The notes below the pieces were generated by a model, which did no database searches, was not told where the DNA came from, and saw nothing but the letters and a program-made list of their open reading frames with translations. A DNA stretch of 63,634 bases, filler included, from an uncultured Methanosarcinales archaeon (GTDB lineage: Archaea; Nanobdellota; Nanobdellia; Woesearchaeales; JAGLXL01), in assembly GCA_964472345.1 (NCBI GenBank). It is 4 parts of 4 records of this genome, joined end to end, with 100 filler letters (N's around TTAATTAATTAA, not from the genome) between each part and the next. Parts side by side here need not be neighbours in the genome. Positions count along the whole stretch, not along the records: positions 48,884 to 63,634 come from CAYYLB010000028.1; 3 more parts are not named here. One strand, 5' to 3'. This document shows positions 57,387 through 63,634 of this stretch, one piece after another; within the stretch, counting starts at the first letter, position 1, and each line of letters opens with the position of its first letter. A program made the translations under genes and the position numbers.

Positions 57387-59119
57387 CTGACAGTCACCGA
57401 TTTGGCCAGGTTTCTCGGCTTGTCGATCGGCAGCCCCTTCTCCTTCGCCAGGTAATACGCCAGCAGCTGCCCCACAACTGTCGCCAAAATCCCAAACGTC
57501 CCGTCATTCGTTGTTGGCACGATAAAATCCCCCGTTTCGCTGCCGATGGTGATCACGTGCGCCCCCCGCGCCTCGACTTCCTTGATGTTGGACAGCATCG
57601 CTGTGTCATGGTTGCTCACCAGCCCTATCACCGGCGTCCCCTGCTCGATGAGCGCGATCGTCCCATGCTTCAGCTCGCCGCCCATCATCCCTTCGGCGTG
57701 GATGTAGGAAATCTCCTTGATCTTGAGCGCGATCTCGCGCGCCACCGGATAGCTCAGGCCGCGGCCGATCACATACACATCACGGTGGGGTGCAGTCTCC
57801 CGTGCGATGCGCTGGATCGCCGGCAGCTGCTCAAACACCGCCGCGATCTTCTCCGGCAGCTCACTGAGCGCAACCGCAAAGCCGAACCGCTCCGCAACCT
57901 TCAGCAGCAGCGTGACCTGGTTCACAAACGACTTCGTCGCCGCAACACACACTTCCTGCCCCGCAAGAATATTGAGCGACAGATCCGCCATGCGCTGGAT
58001 AGTGCTGTACGGCACATTGACGACCGCCGCTATCTTTGCCCCTTTTTGTTTCGCGTATTTCAGCGCATCGATAACGTCCATCGTCTCCCCTGATTGAGAA
58101 AATGCAATCACAAGCGACTCAGCGTCGAGTGCAGCGAAATGCTCGAATTCCGACGCGATGAGCGTCTGCGCCTCGACGCCGCACTTGTGCAGGTAGTACG
58201 TTCCCAGCAATGTTGCATGATAGCTTGTTCCTGCGGCGACAAACACCACCTTATGTGCATGTTTGATCATGGCCACCAGTTTTTCAAAAGGTTCCTTTTG
58301 CTCAGTATCGAGCGAAAGGAGCAGCCTCCGCACCGCCGCAGGCTCTTCCATGATTTCCTTGAGCATGAAGTGATCGTACTTCTTCTCCTCGGCGGGCTCA
58401 TGCCACTCAAACCGCATTGGCTTTTTTCCGATCAGGTTTTCCTTTGCATCAAGGAACAGGTAGCCCTGTGCATCCACGATGGCAGCCTCGTCGTTCTCAA
58501 AGAAGATGGCCCTGTCCGTCAACTCGGAAAACGCATAGATGTCAGAGGCGACATAGTACTCCCCCTGGCCGATGCCGAGCACGAGCGGCGAATCGCGGCG
58601 CAGCGCATACAGCTTGTCATCCCCTGCGACAAGAAGAAGGATCGCGAAAGTCCCTTGGGCATCGCGCATGAGCTCAGCGAGCGCCTGGTGCATCTCCTTC
58701 CCCGCGGCGAGCTTCCTTTCAACATAGTGGGGTATGACTTCCGTGTCCGTCTGGCTGATAAACACGCACCCTTCCTGCTCAAGTTTCTTCCGCAATGCCT
58801 CATAGTTCTCAATGATTCCGTTATGGACCGCAGCGACCTTCCCTCCGCAGGAAAGGTGGGGATGGGCATTCGCCTGCGTCACGCCGCCGTGCGTCGACCA
58901 GCGGGTATGGCAGATACCAATGGTGCCCGGCAGGTCCAGAAAATGCAGCTTCTTGTCAGCCTCGCCCACATCGCCGATGTCCTTTTTTACGGCGATGATC
59001 CCGTCGTGGAGCGTCGCCATGCCGACCGAGTCGTACCCGCGGTACTCAAGCCGCTTGATGCCGCGCAGGAGCAGCGGCGCCGCCGTTCTCCGTCCAACAG
59101 AGCCCATGATGCCGCACAT
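57383..59119 (-). CDS. glmS: glutamine-fructose-6-phosphate aminotransferase
   Basis: MCGI, LEYRGYDS, HTRWSTHG, SQSGET, ELKHG, PRNLAKSVT. Confidence 0.97.
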   Translation of the reverse strand: MCGIMGSVGRRTAAPLLLRGIKRLEYRGYDSVGMATLHDGIIAVKKDIGDVGEADKKLHFLDLPGTIGICHTRWSTHGGVTQANAHPHLSCGGKVAAVHNGIIENYEALRKKLEQEGCVFISQTDTEVIPHYVERKLAAGKEMHQALAELMRDAQGTFAILLLVAGDDKLYALRRDSPLVLGIGQGEYYVASDIYAFSELTDRAIFFENDEAAIVDAQGYLFLDAKENLIGKKPMRFEWHEPAEEKKYDHFMLKEIMEEPAAVRRLLLSLDTEQKEPFEKLVAMIKHAHKVVFVAAGTSYHATLLGTYYLHKCGVEAQTLIASEFEHFAALDAESLVIAFSQSGETMDVIDALKYAKQKGAKIAAVVNVPYSTIQRMADLSLNILAGQEVCVAATKSFVNQVTLLLKVAERFGFAVALSELPEKIAAVFEQLPAIQRIARETAPHRDVYVIGRGLSYPVAREIALKIKEISYIHAEGMMGGELKHGTIALIEQGTPVIGLVSNHDTAMLSNIKEVEARGAHVITIGSETGDFIVPTTNDGTFGILATVVGQLLAYYLAKEKGLPIDKPRNLAKSVTVR

Positions 59120-59194
59120 CCGCCGCACGGGACAAACATTTATATATAAGCCTTACTAAAAATATATTACTACTAGTAAAAATAATATCATACT

Positions 59195-60106
59195 ATGTAC
59201 CTCATCAGGCGCCAGCGGAATGAAACATTAAGCCTGCCGTGCAAGGAGCTGACGCCGCAGCAACTGAAAAGCGCAAGCTCCCTGCTCGCCCAGCGCATCC
59301 TGAAGCGGCTTGCAGACATACCAAGCTATCCGAAGGAACTTGCGCGGCAGCTCCACGTGCACGAGCAGAAAGTCTACTATCACATCCGCAGGCTTGAGAA
59401 GGGAGGCATCATCCACATTGCACGGGCCGAGATGCGGCAGGGCGCCAGCGCGCGCTATTATGCACTGAGCCAGCCGAGCTTCAGTGTCCGCTTCAGGGAG
59501 TTCCAGCCGACGGCGCAGAAGGCATCGTTCGCCAACGAAAGCTCCTATCTTGAGCCATTCGTGCAGGACGGCGAGCTGAAGGCGCTGATTGTCGTGGGAA
59601 GCCCGGATCCACACGGCCCCGAGAAGGCGCGGAGCCGCGACGGCTATTATGGAATGGACCTTGCGCTCTTCCTCGGCACCTTCCTGAACTACATTCCGGG
59701 GCTGAACGTGCGCCTTGACACCGAGATGCGCGATGAGGAGCTGAAGCAGAACCTGATCATCATCGGCGGCCCCATCGTGAACACTGTCGCTGGAAAGGTC
59801 AACGATGCGCTCCCCGTCCGCTTCACTCCCAAGTCAATCATCAGCATGGTTTCCGGAGAGGAGTACTTCAGCGACGAGATCGGCATGATCGTGAAAGCCG
59901 AGAGCCCGTTTGCCTCTGCAAGCAAAATCCTGCTCGTTGCCGGCAGGCGCCATGCGGGCACCCGCGCATGCATCATCGCCTTCATCAGGCACTTCAGCGA
60001 AATCAGCGCAGGCAACCGGCACAACGGGAGCGTCCAGGCAAAGGTCATTGAAGGGGTTGACCTTGACAGCGACGGGGTGGTGGATGAGATTGAGCTCAAG
60101 GAATGA
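59195..60106 (+). CDS. ArsR-like HTH regulator with C-terminal alpha/beta domain
   Basis: YPKELARQL.VHEQKVYYHIRRL; GSPDPHG; NLIIIGGPIVN; divergent from glmS. Confidence 0.75.
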   Translation: MYLIRRQRNETLSLPCKELTPQQLKSASSLLAQRILKRLADIPSYPKELARQLHVHEQKVYYHIRRLEKGGIIHIARAEMRQGASARYYALSQPSFSVRFREFQPTAQKASFANESSYLEPFVQDGELKALIVVGSPDPHGPEKARSRDGYYGMDLALFLGTFLNYIPGLNVRLDTEMRDEELKQNLIIIGGPIVNTVAGKVNDALPVRFTPKSIISMVSGEEYFSDEIGMIVKAESPFASASKILLVAGRRHAGTRACIIAFIRHFSEISAGNRHNGSVQAKVIEGVDLDSDGVVDEIELKE

Positions 60107-60135
60107 AGACTGCAGGCGACGACAAACGCACGCAC

Positions 60136-60477
60136 TCACTCCACAACAATCTGCAGCCGGTTCCTGTCGAGCGGCTCGAGGATGACCTCTTTCCCTTTCT
60201 TGAGGGACAGGAACGTCGCGAGTGCCTTGGGGATGCGGACATCGAGCGCATTGCCGACGGCGGACACTCTCGTGCGTGCCCGGAGGCCCCAGAGCCCGCG
60301 CTTCTTCACTTCTTCCTCGATCTTTTGCGATGCCGCAGCCTCAAAGAGCGTCTCGCCGCAATGATTGCAGACGAGGGCGTCAAAGGTGCCGATGGGCTCG
60401 CCTAAGAAGGCGTAGGGCACATCTTTCTTCTCGTACTTCCCCATGTTGCAGGCGGTGCATCTCATTTTCTTTTCCAT
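60136..60477 (-). CDS. YgiT/MqsA-type zinc finger fused to AbrB-like domain
   Basis: CTAC...CNHCGE; VGNALDVRIPK...LKKGKEV. Confidence 0.8.
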   Translation of the reverse strand: MEKKMRCTACNMGKYEKKDVPYAFLGEPIGTFDALVCNHCGETLFEAAASQKIEEEVKKRGLWGLRARTRVSAVGNALDVRIPKALATFLSLKKGKEVILEPLDRNRLQIVVE

Positions 60478-60698
60478 CCTCGCGGCCGGCCCAGGTGGAC
60501 AGTGATGACCTTGTATCTTCCGTCCGCCAGCATTTCATACGCGACGGTGAAGTGCCGGTAGACGGTGACGAAATGGCCTCCCTCGGGAATGCGCGGCCCG
60601 CGGCTTATCGCTTCTGCGATTTCGACCCGCGAAATCCCGTCATCCATGGCCTCGCCCTGTGCGTGCTTGGTCATGACGAGGTCGTCGCTCGTTACCAT
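60462..60698 (-). CDS. DUF4258-like putative toxin
   Basis: MTKHAQGEA..GIS..EI.EAI..G, YKVITV. Confidence 0.7.
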   Translation of the reverse strand: MVTSDDLVMTKHAQGEAMDDGISRVEIAEAISRGPRIPEGGHFVTVYRHFTVAYEMLADGRYKVITVHLGRPRGWKRK

Positions 60699-60842
60699 AC
60701 GGCCGTATATACAGGTAATTACATTACCTATTTATATCTTCCGGTACACGGACGGTAAACCCGACCAATGCTGGTGATGCGAAAAGGGAATGCTGCACCT
60801 GCAGGAGTTGGCGGCAGAGCCCGCCAGGAGGAGACGGGGTGA

Positions 60843-62159
60843 ATGGGACTGAGCGTCATGAACGGCTACGAGCACCACTGGGACCGTGAGTACAGCCTCT
60901 TCTACGGCACCGCAGCGCTCACCGGCCTCCGCAGCTGGGCGAAGGAGATCGGCATCAGCATCGAGGCCCGCGGCGAAGGGCGCAGCGGATGGTTCTCCTC
61001 ATTCTCGAAGCCTGCCATCAGGGAGCGGCTGCTCGCTGCATTCCCGGACTCGATGAGCGCACCGGAGATCCTGCAGCAGGTGGGCGCGTTCGAGGCTGAT
61101 GGGGAGGCATTCATCACGTTCGCCCGAATGATGGGTGTATCACCGGCAATGTCAGACGACGAACTGCGAAGGCAGTACCAGCAGCTCTTTGACGCCTATG
61201 CGGTTTACTGCGCCAGCCTCTGGAAGAGCTTCTATTTCGCGGAGCGCGCATCGCAGGTGTTTGAAGCCGCGCTCCGGGCAGAGCTGCCTCCGGAGCGCAT
61301 CAGTGCTGCCATCGGCTCCTGCTCAAAGCCCCTGAAAAAGACCGCACTGGTGCTCATCTCAGACTACTTCGCGCAGGAGCAGGAAAGGGAAAAAAGAATT
61401 GCATACATCGAAAAGAGCTTCCCGTGGATCGGAAGCAAGGACCTGTTCGTCGAGCCATGGGGCAGGGAGCATGCCGCCGCGTTCGTTGATGCATTCGCCT
61501 CACCAAAAGAAGATGTCGAGCCGAGCGTCAATCTCCGGAACCGTGATGCGCTCCTCTTCTACCAGAGCGCGCTCTACGTCAAGGACAAGCGTGACGAATA
61601 CCGCCGGCAGGCTTTTTATCTCGCCGCATCGCTCGTCCGCGATCTGGCACAGCGCTCCGGGGCCGGTGTTGGCTTTTCTGGCATGGGCTTCTTTCTTCCG
61701 TCAGAGCTTCCCAGCGCAGCAGAACTCGCCAGGCGAAAGAAAGGATATGTTGTTTCGGTGAGCGGTGACAGTATCATGATTACATCAGGCGACGGCGCAC
61801 GTGCCAAGTTCCTCCCACGGCCTGCGGTCCAGAGCACAGAAGAACTCAGGGGCACGGTTGGCTGCGGCGGCGTGGCGCGCGGCATCGTGCAGCGAGTGAT
61901 GGGTGCGGCAGACATCCAGCGATTCGTGCAGGGAAAAATCCTTGTGGCGCCCACCACTGACGCATCGCATGTCATCGCGATGCAGAAAGCCGCTGCGATC
62001 GTCACCGATGAAGGGGGCATGACGTGCCACGCGGCAATCGTCGCACGGGAGATGAAGAAGCCATGTGTCGTTGGCACAAAGACTGCAACGAGTATGCTCA
62101 AGGACGGCGACAGGGTCGAGGTGGACGCAGACAATGGCATCGTTCGGATAATTACTTAG
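60843..62159 (+). CDS. PEP-utilising mobile domain protein
   Basis: [40 protein letters not shown]. Confidence 0.85.
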   Translation: MGLSVMNGYEHHWDREYSLFYGTAALTGLRSWAKEIGISIEARGEGRSGWFSSFSKPAIRERLLAAFPDSMSAPEILQQVGAFEADGEAFITFARMMGVSPAMSDDELRRQYQQLFDAYAVYCASLWKSFYFAERASQVFEAALRAELPPERISAAIGSCSKPLKKTALVLISDYFAQEQEREKRIAYIEKSFPWIGSKDLFVEPWGREHAAAFVDAFASPKEDVEPSVNLRNRDALLFYQSALYVKDKRDEYRRQAFYLAASLVRDLAQRSGAGVGFSGMGFFLPSELPSAAELARRKKGYVVSVSGDSIMITSGDGARAKFLPRPAVQSTEELRGTVGCGGVARGIVQRVMGAADIQRFVQGKILVAPTTDASHVIAMQKAAAIVTDEGGMTCHAAIVAREMKKPCVVGTKTATSMLKDGDRVEVDADNGIVRIIT

Positions 62160-62238
62160 AGCTTATCCCCATGGGCGTTGCGACACTCTTAGCTTCGTCG
62201 AACTTGGCTCGTCGAACGTGTCTGCCGGGATAGGTTCT
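62158..62238. repeat. short imperfect inverted-repeat element
   Basis: agagcttatccc / gggataggttct (10/12); no target duplication seen. Confidence 0.4.
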
Positions 62239-62317
62239 CGGCTTTAAGCTTCTGCGCCAGAACATTTAAATAACAATCTGTTATATTCAGTTACAAAAAA
62301 TAACATTCGGAGGCACC

Positions 62318-62554
62318 ATGGCACAGGCACTGATCCATCTTGACGAGCACGAGGACCGCATCCTCACGATCGTAAAGGGCAAATACGGCTTCAAGAACAA
62401 GTCGCAGGCAGTCAACTTCGTCATCCACAAGTTCGAGGAGGAGCTGCTTGAGCCCGAGCTGCGGCCGGAATATGCACGGAAGCTTGAAACGATCAGGAAG
62501 GGGAAATATGCGAAGTTTCGCTCTATCGAGGAACTGAGGAGAGCCACAAGCTGA
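62318..62554 (+). CDS. DUF2683-like antitoxin
   Basis: RILTIVKGKYGFKNKSQAVN, LEPELRPEY, FRSIEEL. Confidence 0.78.
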   Translation: MAQALIHLDEHEDRILTIVKGKYGFKNKSQAVNFVIHKFEEELLEPELRPEYARKLETIRKGKYAKFRSIEELRRATS

Positions 62555-62563
62555 GGATGCAGC

Positions 62564-62833
62564 ATGCGTACGTTCCGGGTGAGCGAGCATCTCCAACGTG
62601 TTATGAGAAAGCTCTCCAAAAAAGACCCCGTTCTCCATGAGCAGCTGCTGAAGAAGATGGATGAGATTGTGCAGAGCACTGACATCAATCACTACAAGAA
62701 CCTGAGGTACAGCATGAAAGACTCCAAGCGCGTTCATGTTGGCTCTTTCGTTCTTATTTTCCAGCACAACCAGGCAAAAGACGAGATCTCTTTCGATGAT
62801 TTCGACCACCACAACACTATCTATAGAAGATGA
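62564..62833 (+). CDS. RelE/YafQ-like toxin
   Basis: KLSKKD, HYKNLRY.MKD.KRVHVGSFVLIF, FDHH..IY. Confidence 0.82.
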   Translation: MRTFRVSEHLQRVMRKLSKKDPVLHEQLLKKMDEIVQSTDINHYKNLRYSMKDSKRVHVGSFVLIFQHNQAKDEISFDDFDHHNTIYRR

Positions 62834-63408
62834 CCCCCATGAAACCCGAAATCCGCATCCTCGGCATCGACGACGCGTCCTTCAACAAGGAGCAGGATGA
62901 TGTGCTGCTCATCGGCGTCTTCTTCCGCGGCGGCAGCTTTCTCGATGGGGTGCTTACGACAACGGTCAGGCGTGACGGTGACGACGCGACCATAAAGATC
63001 ATCGAGATGGTCAACCGGTCAAAATTCCGCTCACAGCTCCAGGCCATTCTGCTCGACGGCATCGCCTTCGGCGGCTTCAACGTCGTGAACATCCATGCCA
63101 TCGCACAGCACACCGGCATCCCCACCATCACCGTCATCCGCCGCTTCCCTGACTTCACCGCGATCAGGGCAACGCTCAAAAAGCTCGGCATGGGAAAGAA
63201 ATATGGGCTCATGCAGCGCGCAGGCAGGCCGCAGAAGGTCACGCTGGGCAGCGGTCAGGTGTGGATCCAGCACGCCGGCTGCACTGGCGGCCAGGCACGG
63301 CAGTTCATACGGCTCACCGCAACCCGCAGCTTCATCCCCGAGCCGGTCCGCGTTGCGCACCTGATTGGCCAGGGCATCGTCATGGGAGAGAGCAAGGGCA
63401 GGGTGTAG
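62830..63408 (+). CDS. DUF99 endonuclease V-like protein
   Basis: RILGIDDASF, DGDDAT, LDGIAFGGFNVV, IPEPVRVAHLI. Confidence 0.88.
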   Translation: MTPMKPEIRILGIDDASFNKEQDDVLLIGVFFRGGSFLDGVLTTTVRRDGDDATIKIIEMVNRSKFRSQLQAILLDGIAFGGFNVVNIHAIAQHTGIPTITVIRRFPDFTAIRATLKKLGMGKKYGLMQRAGRPQKVTLGSGQVWIQHAGCTGGQARQFIRLTATRSFIPEPVRVAHLIGQGIVMGESKGRV

Positions 63409-63634
63409 TCTGGTGTGCCTCTAAAAAAGTTGGGAGAGCGTGAGCGAACCGTTTAGCGACTGTTAGACTGAGTTGCGAAGCAATTTGGTACGTTTTTGTT
63501 TTTACTGCTAAACGAAGGAAAGTCCATCAGGTGCTCAGGTTACTTTGAGGTACGGAAAAGGAGAATTGGAAATTACGCCTAACGTATCGGATTAAGAGAA
63601 GTTTTGCCGCAGCAAAATTTCCCCGAGCAACACA

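Noticed and set aside
63412..63634. Possible further MITE starting ggtgtgcctctaaaaaagt
   Set aside because: No convincing partner TIR or target duplication inside the window.
1..63634. CRISPR arrays, rRNA genes, integrases, reverse transcriptases, prophage genes
   Set aside because: None recognised by manual reading.

Overview
Archaeal genomic DNA, most likely a DPANN (Woesearchaeota-like) metagenome bin. This assignment is inferred from the archaeal ribosomal operon, fused PriS-PriL primase, AMP phosphorylase and intron-containing tRNA. Four contigs are joined by N-TTAATTAATTAA-N linkers (16432-16531, 32646-32745, 48784-48883), and there is a 100-N gap inside leuS. Core content: a near-complete mosaic riboflavin-to-FAD cluster; acetate-CoA ligase, citrate synthase and MDH; a 2-oxoacid (pyruvate) dehydrogenase E1/E2 and lipoate cluster; the S13-S4-S11-RpoD-tRNA-Leu-L18e-L13-S9-RpoN operon; leuS; SRP RNA; and a glmS-yvcK-glmU-thiE-AMP phosphorylase operon. 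Ten toxin-antitoxin-like modules sit within or beside these operons. Most striking observations: (1) short diverged copies of core-gene ends (ribH, pdhB, glmS, a PEP-swivel gene, the AMP phosphorylase start) are stranded beside accessory genes, suggesting repeated gene capture at core-gene termini with no integrase in view; (2) four MITE-like elements have related terminal inverted repeats, 8-9 bp target duplications and unrelated interiors, and one is inserted in frame in a signal peptide; (3) three orphan phospho-histidine swivel-domain proteins are present; (4) tRNA-Leu(GAG) carries two introns; (5) there is an apparently inactivated IS200 TnpA-like protein. All annotations come from manual motif recognition; no searches were run.
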